From Bacteroidales bacterium (lineage in GTDB: Bacteria; Bacteroidota; Bacteroidia; Bacteroidales; UBA932), in contig JAKSJL010000001.1 of the NCBI GenBank assembly GCA_024398295.1, positions 1,589 through 65,588 of the forward strand: a stretch of 64,000 nucleotides of DNA. The letters are read 5' to 3'. A program made the translations under genes and the position numbers. Below, piece after piece: positions 47,776 to 57,887 of the stretch (position 1 is the first letter of the stretch; every line of letters starts with the position of its first letter). Below the pieces are notes generated by a model. That model had not been told where the DNA came from. It saw only the letters and a program-made list of their open reading frames with translations, and ran no database searches.

Positions 47776-48471
47776 TTACTCCCAGTTTCCTGCGTTGTTA
47801 TTTGGAGCGGTGATGCTACCAACCTGAAGACCTTCGTACTTGTTCTGATCTCTTCTGTCGAAATCAAGATTGATTCTAAGCTGGTTATCCATACCCTTAA
47901 GAAGGTCTCTGTAAGGCATCTTAGCCTCGAAGAGAGGAACATCTACACCTGACACCTTCTTTACGATAGACTCCATGAGGACAGGGGTCTTGCCTGAGAA
48001 TGGGATGTACTTGAGTGAGTCGATGCAGAAATCAGGACGGTCGTTGAAGAGGGTATCCTTTACAGCGATCTTGTTCTCTACCTTGAACACGAGGTTCTTG
48101 TCACCCTTAAGATACATATCATAAAGCTGTGCGGCAGTGATCTTCTTGTTTGCTCTCTTTACAGCCTCGGTGTGAGTCATGGCGAGGGAGTCATCCTGTG
48201 AACCGATCTGCATGATCACAGCCATCTGCTCCTTGTTATAGAAGTCGATGAGTGAGTCAACAGATGAGTTGAACTTGTTGTGAACACCCTTGTAAGCTAC
48301 CTGAAGGGTACGGATGTCCTTAAGGCGCTGGATAGCTACTTCCTCACGCTGAGCCTTCTCCTTATTGAAGTTTACAGGCTGCATGATACTCTGAACGATA
48401 GTGTAAACAAGGACCACGATGATGGCAGGAAGAACGAGCCAGGTCAAAACTTTTTTAAGAATTGGATTCAT
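47776..48471 (-). CDS. Conserved Bacteroidota hypothetical membrane-anchored protein
   Basis: Start ATG 48471; one TM helix, RLKDIR..Q..Y, DSLKYIP, C-terminal VGS...NNAGNWE. Confidence 0.75.
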   Translation of the reverse strand: MNPILKKVLTWLVLPAIIVVLVYTIVQSIMQPVNFNKEKAQREEVAIQRLKDIRTLQVAYKGVHNKFNSSVDSLIDFYNKEQMAVIMQIGSQDDSLAMTHTEAVKRANKKITAAQLYDMYLKGDKNLVFKVENKIAVKDTLFNDRPDFCIDSLKYIPFSGKTPVLMESIVKKVSGVDVPLFEAKMPYRDLLKGMDNQLRINLDFDRRDQNKYEGLQVGSITAPNNNAGNWE

Positions 48472-48581
48472 TGTATTATGTTTTATTTTACTTTCTAAAC
48501 AGTCTTTACAACGGACAAAGTTATAAAAATGAATTATGAAATGCAATATTCTTTGTAAATTTGCAAATCAAATTACGCACG

Positions 48582-49637
48582 ATGTTCCAGATTACAGAAA
48601 GCTGCATATCCAGACTGGACGGTTTCTTCGCACAGTCGCGTCGGGTTTCCATCATTTCGCACACGCGTCCTGATGGCGATGCCCTGGGTAGTACCACGGC
48701 TCTCCTGATGTTCTTGAGAAGGTACTATAGTGCTGAAGCTAAGGTGGTTATGCCGAATGCTATATCGCAGAACATCGCGTTCATCAAGCCTTCTTCCACA
48801 GAGGATGCTTACCTGGATTTCTCTCAGGAGATACAGGCCGCAGGAGAATGGCTCAAGTCTTCAGATCTGATACTCTGTCTGGACTTCAATTCCTTCGCAA
48901 GGACAGATGGTCTCCAGAACTTGCTTGAGGATTCGAAGTCGTCCAAGGTCCTGATCGACCATCATCTTCATCCTGACGAGACTGCGTTTGATCTCGTTTT
49001 TTCGACACCGGACATCTCGTCAGCATCAGAGCTGCTGTATCACATACTCATGGCCATGCCTCAGATCGCAGGAGATGCGACGAAGCTTCCAGCGGAGAGC
49101 GCCTATGCGCTCATGTCAGGTATGACCACTGATACGAACAACTTCGCGAATTCGGTGTTCCCATCCACTCTGAGAATGGCTTCTGAACTTCTCGCAGCCG
49201 GCGTGGATAGGGATGACATCGTGAGCCATATCAATAATGAGTATAGGGAAAACAGGGTAAGGCTCATGGGTTATCTTCTGGACAGGAAACTGACCATCAC
49301 TGCAGAAGGAGTGGCGTATATCATCCTTACCAGAAAGGAGCAGGAACAGTTCGATCTTCAGGAGGGCGATCTGGAGGGAGTCGTGAATATCCCTCTTCAG
49401 GTGGAAAAGGTCAAGATAAGCCTGCTTCTTCGTGAGGACACTGAATATTATAGAGTATCCATACGCTCGAAGGTGGGATATTCCGCAAACTCCATGGCCA
49501 CACGCTATTTTCATGGCGGCGGGCATGAGCAGGCTTCCGGAGGCCGCCTCTTCTTCCCTCAGGACATCGCGACTCCAGAGGGCGCCGAGGCTTATATCGT
49601 GAACATTTTGAAAGATTATTTTGATGAGGATAGATAA
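48582..49637 (+). CDS. nrnA: DHH family phosphoesterase (NrnA-like)
   Basis: HTRPDGDALGS, IDHH, TDT..F, SIRS, GGGH..ASG; TAAATTTG at 48556-48563. Confidence 0.88.
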   Translation: MFQITESCISRLDGFFAQSRRVSIISHTRPDGDALGSTTALLMFLRRYYSAEAKVVMPNAISQNIAFIKPSSTEDAYLDFSQEIQAAGEWLKSSDLILCLDFNSFARTDGLQNLLEDSKSSKVLIDHHLHPDETAFDLVFSTPDISSASELLYHILMAMPQIAGDATKLPAESAYALMSGMTTDTNNFANSVFPSTLRMASELLAAGVDRDDIVSHINNEYRENRVRLMGYLLDRKLTITAEGVAYIILTRKEQEQFDLQEGDLEGVVNIPLQVEKVKISLLLREDTEYYRVSIRSKVGYSANSMATRYFHGGGHEQASGGRLFFPQDIATPEGAEAYIVNILKDYFDEDR

Positions 49638-50244
49638 AATCTTACTTTTGTCCTTCTGTTTCCTTGCTGCATTTGCCTGCACCAAGGCTTCAGAGGATCA
49701 GGTGTACACCAAGCAGGAAGAGACGATTGACCGTTTTATCGCCGGCCTTATCACTCCGTGCGATACGCTCAGCATGGTGGAGGATGGCGGAACTACGGTG
49801 CTACGCGTAGACAAGGTAAGCAACGATGGTGATCAGGAACTGCACGACACCATCACCGTGACCTATTACGGTGGAACCACCAGGGTTACCATCCAGCAGG
49901 GAAGGGGAGACGCGCTGCTGAAGAGAGGAAAGGTGTCTTTCTATTATGGAGGATATGATTTTTCTTCAGGTTCTCTTCAGCCTGGTTCGCTTTTTGCGAC
50001 AAACAGGCAGGAACTTGCTGGCGCTGCCGGCATGGACTGTGTTTTCACGGACCCTGTCTCATTCAGCCTTTCTGATGCGAAGATCGTGGATGGCTTGAAG
50101 AGAGGACTTGTGGGTGTGAGGCCAGGTGAGGAGTGCGTGATCCTGTTCTCAGGGAAGTATGGCTTCGGGAGCCACCCTGTAGGAACCATCCCGCCAAGAA
50201 CTCCACTCGCTTATAGAGTGTGGGTGGAAACAGTTGATAATTAA
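49624..50244 (+). CDS. FKBP-type peptidyl-prolyl isomerase lipoprotein
   Basis: AFAC lipobox; IVDGLKRGL, GKYGFG, IPPRTPL. Confidence 0.8.
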   Translation: MRIDKILLLSFCFLAAFACTKASEDQVYTKQEETIDRFIAGLITPCDTLSMVEDGGTTVLRVDKVSNDGDQELHDTITVTYYGGTTRVTIQQGRGDALLKRGKVSFYYGGYDFSSGSLQPGSLFATNRQELAGAAGMDCVFTDPVSFSLSDAKIVDGLKRGLVGVRPGEECVILFSGKYGFGSHPVGTIPPRTPLAYRVWVETVDN

Positions 50245-50265
50245 GATATTAGTTGATTTTGATAT

Positions 50266-51279
50266 ATGACATTTAGAAAGACTTTTTTCGCTATTGCCAT
50301 GGCTGCGGCAGTGCTTACTGGCTGTGCCAAGACAAATACAGCAGGAAAGAACGACGCAGCGAAGAGATATTTTGACGCATGGTTGCTCACCCATTATCCA
50401 GATGCCCAGAAGGTGGCTCCTGGCATATATATCATTGAGGACATTCCAGGTACAGGCATTTCAGTCTCAGATATCAAGTCCTTCCCTTATGTGAGAGCTC
50501 ACTATACATCAAAGGATCTTCAGGGTAATGTGAAGAAGACCACAGTGGAGTCGCTTGCGAAGCAGGTGGGCACATACAGTGAGTCTGAGTACTACGGACC
50601 GTATTTCTTCTATCGTGGAGACAATAACCTCGAGGCAGGTATCGACGCTGTCCTCTCTACCATGAAGGTGGGTGGCAAGAGAACCGCTATCGTGCCAGGC
50701 TGGCTTTCATCGTACGAAAGATACGATTCAGAAGAGGAGTATCTGGCAAATGTGAGCGGAAGTGACTATATCTATACCTTCGAGGTCACAGAGGCTGTCC
50801 CAGATATCAAGAAGTGGGAGATCGCTCAGGCTGAGAACTATCTTGCAAAGACATATAGTAACATCCCTGATTCGACTGGACTTGGTTTCTACTATATCAA
50901 GATCAAGGATGGTACTGACACCACCTCATTCAAGAACGGAGACAAGGTTTACCTAAACTATACGGGACGACTTTTGAGTGGCAAGGTATTCGACACTACC
51001 ATCGCAGATACTGCGAAGGTACACGGCATCTACAGCCCATCGAATACTTATGAGCCTACATATGTCACCTGGGCTGACAAGTATGAGGATCTCACCATGG
51101 GCACCAGTAACTCAGATGTCATCGATGGCTTCAAGAAGACCATCTACAGCATGAAGCTGGGAGAAAAGGGTGCTGGAGTATTTATCTCAGACCGTGGTTA
51201 TACCTATAACGGAAGCAACTCTACCATCCCACCTTACGCCCCACTCGTATTTGAGATCGAAATAACCAAGAAAGACTAG
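50266..51279 (+). CDS. FKBP-type peptidyl-prolyl isomerase lipoprotein with two FKBP domains
   Basis: LTGC lipobox; MKVGG..IVP and YTGRLLSGKVFDT..VIDGF..IPPYAPLVFEI. Confidence 0.85.
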   Translation: MTFRKTFFAIAMAAAVLTGCAKTNTAGKNDAAKRYFDAWLLTHYPDAQKVAPGIYIIEDIPGTGISVSDIKSFPYVRAHYTSKDLQGNVKKTTVESLAKQVGTYSESEYYGPYFFYRGDNNLEAGIDAVLSTMKVGGKRTAIVPGWLSSYERYDSEEEYLANVSGSDYIYTFEVTEAVPDIKKWEIAQAENYLAKTYSNIPDSTGLGFYYIKIKDGTDTTSFKNGDKVYLNYTGRLLSGKVFDTTIADTAKVHGIYSPSNTYEPTYVTWADKYEDLTMGTSNSDVIDGFKKTIYSMKLGEKGAGVFISDRGYTYNGSNSTIPPYAPLVFEIEITKKD

Positions 51280-51287
51280 TTCTGCCT

Positions 51288-52688
51288 ATGGCGTTGAAAA
51301 GAAGTGCCGCTCCTACGGAGCTCGGCACCCTTAAGATAAGTACCTTACTTAGAATGTACGCAGTCCCCGGCATCATTGCCATGACTGCGTCTTCTCTATA
51401 TAATGTGATAGATAGCATCTACATCGGACATATCGAAGGTGTGGGTTCGTATGCTATCTCCGGCCTGGCGGTCACCTTCCCGCTTATGAACCTTGCTGCC
51501 GCCCTCGGTACCCTGGTGGGCGTGGGCGCGATGACCATGATCTCTGTCATGCTTGGACAGAGGAACTATGAGAACGCAAACAAAGTCCTTGGAAATGTAC
51601 TGTCGCTGAACACCATCATCGGTGTCATCTTTACGTTTCTCACCATCCCATTCCTGGACAAGATCCTGTATTTCTTCGGGGCAAGTGAGAATACATTGCC
51701 TTTCGCGAGGGACTATATGCTCATCATCCTCCTTGGAAATGTGTTCTCGCATCTGTATTTCGGATTCAACGGCATCATCAGGGCCGGTGGCGACCCGAAG
51801 ACGGCCATGGGCCTGACCCTTTTCACCGTCGTCTCGAATGCCATCCTCGACCCTATATTCATCTTCGTCCTGAAGCTTGGCATTCAGGGTGCAGCCATCG
51901 CCACCATCCTTTGTCAGTTGATGGCGTTGGTATATTCTTTCCGCTTCCTTGCAGACAAGAACAAGGCTGTGCACTTCCCTAGACCATTGTTCCAGCTTGA
52001 CTGGAGAGTGGCGAAGCAGTCCATGGCCATTGGACTTGGACCATTTCTCATGAACGTGGCATCATGCATCGTGGCGCTTTTCATCAACCAGCAGCTCAGA
52101 AAGTATGGCGGTGACCTTGCCATCGGAGCGTATGGAATTGTGAACAGGATCACCATGATGGCGGCCATGATCGTGATGGGACTGAATCAGGGAATGCAGC
52201 CTATCGCAGGATATAACTATGGTGCGCGTCAGTACAGTAGGGTGAAGGAGGTATTCAAACTCACTGTGATGTGGGCACTGCTCATAACTACGATTTGCTG
52301 GGTGGTTTCAGTATTCTTCCCACGCGCTGCTGTGAGCATCTTCACCAGCGATCCTACGCTCATAGATCTATCTGTTCATGGCCTTAGGGTGATGAATTGT
52401 GTGTTCTGCGTCGTGGGCTTTGGTATGATTACGTCAAACTTCTTCCAGTGCCTCGGAATGGTGAAGATCTCCATCTTCCTGTCGCTGTCGCGTCAGCTCA
52501 TTTTCCTTGTGCCAATGGTATATCTGCTCCCTCTGTGGCTGCAGGAGACAGGCGTTTGGATTAGTTTCCCTATCTCGGATTTGATGTCTGTCGTATTCTC
52601 GGCATTCTTCATCATAAGACTATTTAGAAAGTTCAACAAAATCAGCGATGGCGATGACTCGTCTTCGCTTGGAGGCGCTATCAGCTAA
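51288..52688 (+). CDS. MATE family efflux transporter
   Basis: SLYNVIDSIYIG, NAILDPIFIF..GIQGAA.AT, QPIAGYNYGA. Confidence 0.92.
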   Translation: MALKRSAAPTELGTLKISTLLRMYAVPGIIAMTASSLYNVIDSIYIGHIEGVGSYAISGLAVTFPLMNLAAALGTLVGVGAMTMISVMLGQRNYENANKVLGNVLSLNTIIGVIFTFLTIPFLDKILYFFGASENTLPFARDYMLIILLGNVFSHLYFGFNGIIRAGGDPKTAMGLTLFTVVSNAILDPIFIFVLKLGIQGAAIATILCQLMALVYSFRFLADKNKAVHFPRPLFQLDWRVAKQSMAIGLGPFLMNVASCIVALFINQQLRKYGGDLAIGAYGIVNRITMMAAMIVMGLNQGMQPIAGYNYGARQYSRVKEVFKLTVMWALLITTICWVVSVFFPRAAVSIFTSDPTLIDLSVHGLRVMNCVFCVVGFGMITSNFFQCLGMVKISIFLSLSRQLIFLVPMVYLLPLWLQETGVWISFPISDLMSVVFSAFFIIRLFRKFNKISDGDDSSSLGGAIS

Positions 52689-52690
52689 TC

Positions 52691-53305
52691 ATGGATAAGA
52701 AAATCATCATCAACATCGGACGTCAGTTTGGCAGTGGTGGCAAGAGTGTCGCTATCGCACTTGGGCAGAAACTGGGCATTCCAGTCTATGACAGCGAACT
52801 CCTGATTCAGGCTGCCAAGGAGAGCGGCTACAGTGAGGACTTCTTTGCGAAGCGTGATGAGCAGAAGAAGTTCTTCTCTCTGTCAAACCTCACATCGACG
52901 CTGGTGAACAGTTTCGGCATTGCGGAGAACTATCTGAATGACGATGAGCTCTTCCGCATCCAGAGTGATGTGATAAGGCATGCTGCGGAGAACGGCTCGG
53001 CCATCTTTGTGGGACGTGCCTCTGACTATGTCCTGAGGGACATGGACTGCCTGGATGTATTCATCACCGCTCCTATGTCTGAAAGGAAGAAAAGAGTGTC
53101 TGAGCGTGCTGGGGTGAGCCTTGAGGAGGCTGAAGCCATCATCGTGAAGCGCGACAAGACAAGGAAGTCGTACTACGACTACTTCACCTTCGGCGACTGG
53201 GGAGTGGCTTCAAACTATGACCTCTGCGTGGATTCTTCCATGCTCGGGGTGGATGGGACAGCTGACTTCATCATTGAGTTTGGAAAGAAAGCCGGCCTGA
53301 TATAG
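52691..53305 (+). CDS. Cytidylate kinase-like family protein
   Basis: IGRQFGSGG, VGRASDYVL, R..YY, YDLCVDSS. Confidence 0.88.
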   Translation: MDKKIIINIGRQFGSGGKSVAIALGQKLGIPVYDSELLIQAAKESGYSEDFFAKRDEQKKFFSLSNLTSTLVNSFGIAENYLNDDELFRIQSDVIRHAAENGSAIFVGRASDYVLRDMDCLDVFITAPMSERKKRVSERAGVSLEEAEAIIVKRDKTRKSYYDYFTFGDWGVASNYDLCVDSSMLGVDGTADFIIEFGKKAGLI

Positions 53306-53306
53306 A

Positions 53307-54605
53307 ATGATTTCGAGAGGTGGACATACTCTGAGCCTGACGGCTCTGGCACTGGTGATAGGCGGACTGCTCATCTGGGCGTTCCGCTCCACTCTGCTTG
53401 ATGAAGAGGAGCCGGAGGTGCCCAAGGTGTCGCGTACACTCAATGATTTCCTGACAAATGAGATGTCGGATTCATTGGCACTCGACTACATCGACAAGGA
53501 GATGGAGACCTACCTGAGCTTCTGGCACATCAAGGGCGTCTCGCTCACCATCACCAGGAATGACTCCCTTGTGTATTCGAAGGGCTTCGGCTGGGCCGAC
53601 AAGGAAAAGGGTGAGAGGATGACCCCAGGCACCATCATGCGCCTGGCTTCAGTGTCCAAGCTCATCACGGCGGCGGGCATCATGAAGCTTCAGGAGATGG
53701 GCAAGCTCTCTCTCGGTGACCGCGTCTTCGGCCCCCTGGGCATACTCAATGATCAGGTCTTTACCGACGCCCTGACAGATCCGAACTATCTGAAAGTCAC
53801 GGTGGAGCACCTCCTGAGGCATCAGGCGGGCTTCTCGACCCGACGCGGCGACCCTCTCTTCTCGACGGTCACCGTCATGCAGCAGCACCACCTGAGCTCG
53901 GCTCCGGATGCGGCGACCCTTCTGCTCACGCAGCTTCCGCGGCCGCTGTATTTCCAGCCAGGCACATCTCAGGAGTACTCGAATCTCGGCTATCTCATAC
54001 TCTCGATGATCATCGAAAAGGTGACGGGAGAGCCATATGAAGACTGGATGCAGGAGAATATCCTGCGCCCTGCCGGCTGCGTGGATTTCCATATTGCAGG
54101 GAACTATTATGCGGATAAGTATCCCAATGAAACCCGTTATTATCTCCAGGATGACGACGAGCCTGTCGAGGAGTATACCCACAGCGGCAAGGAAGTCCTT
54201 CGCTGCTATGGAGGCAATGATATAGCTGGACTCAAGGGCGCTGGCGCCTGGGTGGCGTCCACTCCGGAGCTTGCGCGTTTCGTGGCCGCCATCGACGGCA
54301 TGCCTTGGGTGCCTGACGTCCTTTCGCAGGAGAGCATTGACCAGATGACGAGGTATGTCGATGAGAATACGTACTCATTGGGATGGAATGACACCACTCC
54401 AGGGCACTGCTGGTCGCGTACGGGTACGCTTTCGGGCACCAGCGCCCTTATCAGGCTCTTTCCTGATGGCGAGTGCTGGGTGATGGTGGCAAATACCAGC
54501 ACCTGGAAGGGTCCACGCCAGACTGGTTATACCGCAGAGCTGTTCAAAAGATGCCGAGAGAAATGCTCTGCATCTCTCCCGGCACGCGATTTCTTCTTCG
54601 AATAG
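53307..54605 (+). CDS. Serine hydrolase, beta-lactamase/PBP family
   Basis: N-terminal TM anchor; ASVSK (SxxK), LLRHQAG, YSN, RTG. Confidence 0.88.
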   Translation: MISRGGHTLSLTALALVIGGLLIWAFRSTLLDEEEPEVPKVSRTLNDFLTNEMSDSLALDYIDKEMETYLSFWHIKGVSLTITRNDSLVYSKGFGWADKEKGERMTPGTIMRLASVSKLITAAGIMKLQEMGKLSLGDRVFGPLGILNDQVFTDALTDPNYLKVTVEHLLRHQAGFSTRRGDPLFSTVTVMQQHHLSSAPDAATLLLTQLPRPLYFQPGTSQEYSNLGYLILSMIIEKVTGEPYEDWMQENILRPAGCVDFHIAGNYYADKYPNETRYYLQDDDEPVEEYTHSGKEVLRCYGGNDIAGLKGAGAWVASTPELARFVAAIDGMPWVPDVLSQESIDQMTRYVDENTYSLGWNDTTPGHCWSRTGTLSGTSALIRLFPDGECWVMVANTSTWKGPRQTGYTAELFKRCREKCSASLPARDFFFE

Positions 54606-54609
54606 TGGG

Positions 54610-55392
54610 CTACAGGCCTTTCGCCTTCGCCTCGTCCCAGTATCTGTCCATCTCGGCCAGTGTCAGCTCTGACAGCTTCAGGCCTTTCTTCAATGTGTTC
54701 TCCTCAAGATAGGTAAAGCGTCTGCGGAACTTCGCGCAGGTGCCGTTCAGGGCCGCCTCCGGGTCGACGCCGAAGAGGCGTGCCGCATTTATGACAGAGA
54801 AGAGCAGGTCTCCGAACTCTTCCTGCAGATGTGATGGGGCCTTGGTGGCCTCTTCCACTTCGCCTACTTCTTCCTTCACCTTCTCCCAGACATCCTCGGG
54901 CTTCTCCCAGTCAAATCCACATCCTCTGGCTTTTTCCTGCATGGACAGTGCCTTGAGAAGGGATGGCATGGCCTCGGGGATTCCTGACATGACTGTCTTG
55001 TTACCGTCCTTCTCCTTCGCCTTGACCAGCTCCCACGTGTCTGCAATCTCCTTGGCACTCATTTGCTGGCAGTTCGGGTCGAACACGTGTGGATGGCGGA
55101 ACACCATCTTGTCGCACACCTTCTCGAGGGAGGCGGCGATGTCGAAATCTCCGGCTTCCTGTGCTATGCGGGCGTAGAATACGAGGTGATACATGAGGTC
55201 GCCTATCTCTTTCGCGGTGGCTTTCTTGTCCCCGCTCAGAATGGCGTCGCTGAGCTCATAGACTTCCTCCTCGGTCATGGGGCGTATGCTCTCCATGGTC
55301 TGTTCTGCGTTCCATGGACACTTCTCCCTGAGCTGGTCCATGATGTCCAGCAGTCTTCCGAATGATGCTAACTTTTCTTCTCTGGTGTGCAT
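54610..55392 (-). CDS. mazG: Nucleoside triphosphate pyrophosphohydrolase MazG
   Basis: Start ATG 55392; LREKCPW, EEVYEL, EIGD, RHPHVF, GFDW, EFGDLLF. Confidence 0.93.
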   Translation of the reverse strand: MHTREEKLASFGRLLDIMDQLREKCPWNAEQTMESIRPMTEEEVYELSDAILSGDKKATAKEIGDLMYHLVFYARIAQEAGDFDIAASLEKVCDKMVFRHPHVFDPNCQQMSAKEIADTWELVKAKEKDGNKTVMSGIPEAMPSLLKALSMQEKARGCGFDWEKPEDVWEKVKEEVGEVEEATKAPSHLQEEFGDLLFSVINAARLFGVDPEAALNGTCAKFRRRFTYLEENTLKKGLKLSELTLAEMDRYWDEAKAKGL

Positions 55393-55486
55393 TTTCAAAA
55401 ATCTTTTCCTGTACACGCAAATATAGCCAAGTTTCTCCCAAAAATTAACTATCTTTGTATGATTTATTGCAATACACTAACTAATT

Positions 55487-56791
55487 ATGGCATATACCAT
55501 TAATTTTGTTTCGGCTGATGAGGCAGTAAGCCACATCAAGTCACATAGCCACATACATCTGAGCAGTGTTGCCAGCGTGCCACACATCCTCATCCAGGCT
55601 CTCTGCAGAAGAGCAGACGCAGGTGAGGTAGAGGATCTGCATTTCCATCATTTCCATACTGAAGGTCCAGCACCATACAGCGAGCCTCGTTATGAAGGTA
55701 TCTTCTTCGAGCAGGGCTTCTTCGTAGGACCAAATGTCCGCGCAAATGTAAACGCGGGATATGCTGATTACCTTCCAGTCCATCTCGGAGAGAGCCAGAA
55801 GCTCTATCGCGATGGTTTCATCAAGCTCGGTGCGGCACTCGTGAATGTGTCTCGCCCTGATGCGAATGGTATGGTATCCCTGGGTACTTCAGTAGACTGC
55901 TCCATCGCAGCCATCGAGACCGCTGAGCTGGTCATCGGTGTAGTAAATCCAAATGTCCCTTATGCCCACGGCGATCTCGTGAGCCTCGACCAGTTCGACT
56001 ATCTGGTAGAGGATGACACTCCGCTCGTGACTGCGCACTTCGCCGAGCCTACTCCTACAGAGGTCCTCATCGGAAAGAACTGCGCTTCACTCATCGAGGA
56101 CGGCGACTGTATCCAGATGGGTATCGGTGCTCTTCCAAATGCGCTCGCTGCGCAGCTTGGCGGCCATAAGAACCTCGGTCTTCACACTGAGATGTTTGCA
56201 GACGGCCTTCTCCGCCTCATCAAGGCAGGAGTGATTAACGGAGCATGCAAGAAGATCGATACCGGAAAGGTGGTCTCATCTTTCCTTCTCGGTTCTCAGG
56301 AAGTATATTCATTCATTGACGATAATCCTGATGTCCTCATGAAGGATATCGGTTATACAAATAACCCTATGGTCATTGCCCAGAACCCTCACATGAAGGC
56401 GATCAACTCAGCTGTCGAGGTGGACATCACTGGCCAGATCAGTGCGGATTCCATCGGTACACGTATCTTCAGTGGTACTGGCGGCCAGGTGGAGTTCGTG
56501 AAGGGCGCTACCATGTCTGAGGGTGGCAAATCCATCACTGCCTTTGCGTCACGCACAAACAAGGGCAAGAACAAGATAGTGAGCACCCTTAACGCTGGCG
56601 CCGGAGTCGTTACCCCTCGTGCGGATGCACACTGGATCGTGACAGAGTATGGCGCAGTGGATCTCTACGGCAAGTCTCTGCAGGAGCGCGCGAAGCTTCT
56701 CATAAGCATCGCTCATCCTGATGACAGGGAGATGCTTGACCGCGAGGCGTTCGAGCGTTTCGGCCCTCACTACCATAATTTCAGCATTTAA
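55487..56791 (+). CDS. Acetyl-CoA hydrolase/transferase family protein (4-hydroxybutyrate CoA-transferase-like)
   Basis: QMGIGALP, HTEM catalytic Glu, INSAVEVDITGQ, SGTGGQ, VTEYG; TATCTTTG at 55450-55457. Confidence 0.88.
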   Translation: MAYTINFVSADEAVSHIKSHSHIHLSSVASVPHILIQALCRRADAGEVEDLHFHHFHTEGPAPYSEPRYEGIFFEQGFFVGPNVRANVNAGYADYLPVHLGESQKLYRDGFIKLGAALVNVSRPDANGMVSLGTSVDCSIAAIETAELVIGVVNPNVPYAHGDLVSLDQFDYLVEDDTPLVTAHFAEPTPTEVLIGKNCASLIEDGDCIQMGIGALPNALAAQLGGHKNLGLHTEMFADGLLRLIKAGVINGACKKIDTGKVVSSFLLGSQEVYSFIDDNPDVLMKDIGYTNNPMVIAQNPHMKAINSAVEVDITGQISADSIGTRIFSGTGGQVEFVKGATMSEGGKSITAFASRTNKGKNKIVSTLNAGAGVVTPRADAHWIVTEYGAVDLYGKSLQERAKLLISIAHPDDREMLDREAFERFGPHYHNFSI

Positions 56792-56798
56792 TTTTTAT

Positions 56799-57887
56799 AT
56801 GGCAGAAAATACACTTTTAGAGAAAGTCCTCTCTTTGCAGGACAAATTCCAGTCGCTTCAGGATCAGCTTGCAAGCCCAGAGGTGATGTCGGACATGAAG
56901 AAGTATGTCCAGCTGAACAAGGACTACAAGGAGCTTGAGCCTATCATCAAGGCAGGTCTCGAGTACAAGATGGTGCTGGAGGAGCTGGCATCAGCGAAGG
57001 ACATCCTCATGAATGAGAAGGATGATGACCTTCGTGAGATGGCCCGCGAGGAGATCAGCGAAATAGAGCCTAAGATTCCAGAGATGGAGCAGAATATCAA
57101 GCTTCTGCTTATCCCTGCAGACCCTGATGACTCGAAGAACGCCATGGTCGAGATCCGTGGTGGTACCGGAGGTGACGAGGCGGCTATCTTCGCTGGTGAC
57201 CTTTTCAGAATGTATACAAAGTATGCTGAGTCCAAGGGTTGGAAGGTGGAGATCACCGATCAGGCTCCAGGAACAGCCGGTGGATACAAGCAGATAGTCT
57301 TCAAGCTTTCCAGCCCAGAAGGCGTATACGGCGTGATGAAGTATGAGTCAGGTGTGCATCGTGTACAGCGTGTGCCTCAGACTGAGACTCAGGGTCGTAT
57401 CCAGACCTCTGCGGCATCTGTGGCAGTGTTCCCAGAGGCTGGTGAGTTCGATGTAGAGCTCAACTGGAGTGATATCAGACTTGATCTCTTCTGCGCATCA
57501 GGTCCTGGTGGACAGGGTGTGAACACCACTTATTCTGCAGTGCGTCTTACCCATATCCCTTCAGGTCTGGTTGTACAGTGCCAGGAGGAGCGCTCACAGC
57601 TCAAGAACAAGGACAGGGCATTCGAGGAGCTCAGAACCCGTCTCTATAACCTCGAGCATCAGAAGTACCTCGACGAGGTGGCATCCAAGCGTAAGACCAT
57701 GGTGTCTACCGGAGACCGCTCGGCGAAGATCCGTACATATAACTACCCTCAGGGACGTGTCACCGATCATCGTATCAACTGGAGTATGTATAACCTTCCA
57801 GTGTTCATGGATGGAGACATTCAGGAGGTCATCGACCAGCTTACCATCGCAGAGAACGCTGAGCGTCTCAAGGAAGCTGGAGACTAG
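56799..57887 (+). CDS. prfA: Peptide chain release factor 1
   Basis: Start ATG 56799; GTGGDEA, HRVQRVPQT (PxT motif of RF1), GGQ, RTYNYPQGR. Confidence 0.96.
   Translation: MAENTLLEKVLSLQDKFQSLQDQLASPEVMSDMKKYVQLNKDYKELEPIIKAGLEYKMVLEELASAKDILMNEKDDDLREMAREEISEIEPKIPEMEQNIKLLLIPADPDDSKNAMVEIRGGTGGDEAAIFAGDLFRMYTKYAESKGWKVEITDQAPGTAGGYKQIVFKLSSPEGVYGVMKYESGVHRVQRVPQTETQGRIQTSAASVAVFPEAGEFDVELNWSDIRLDLFCASGPGGQGVNTTYSAVRLTHIPSGLVVQCQEERSQLKNKDRAFEELRTRLYNLEHQKYLDEVASKRKTMVSTGDRSAKIRTYNYPQGRVTDHRINWSMYNLPVFMDGDIQEVIDQLTIAENAERLKEAGD

Noticed and set aside
47772-47942. Long N-terminal extension of DUF3822 overlapping the upstream gene
   Set aside because: Longest-ORF artefact; ATG 47771 just after the upstream stop is the simpler start. 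The same applies to the extended starts of lysE, ptsH, HU, lon, mazG and prfA
53307-54605. Beta-lactamase resistance gene
   Set aside because: SxxK/YxN serine hydrolases of this type are common esterases/peptidases; resistance cannot be inferred
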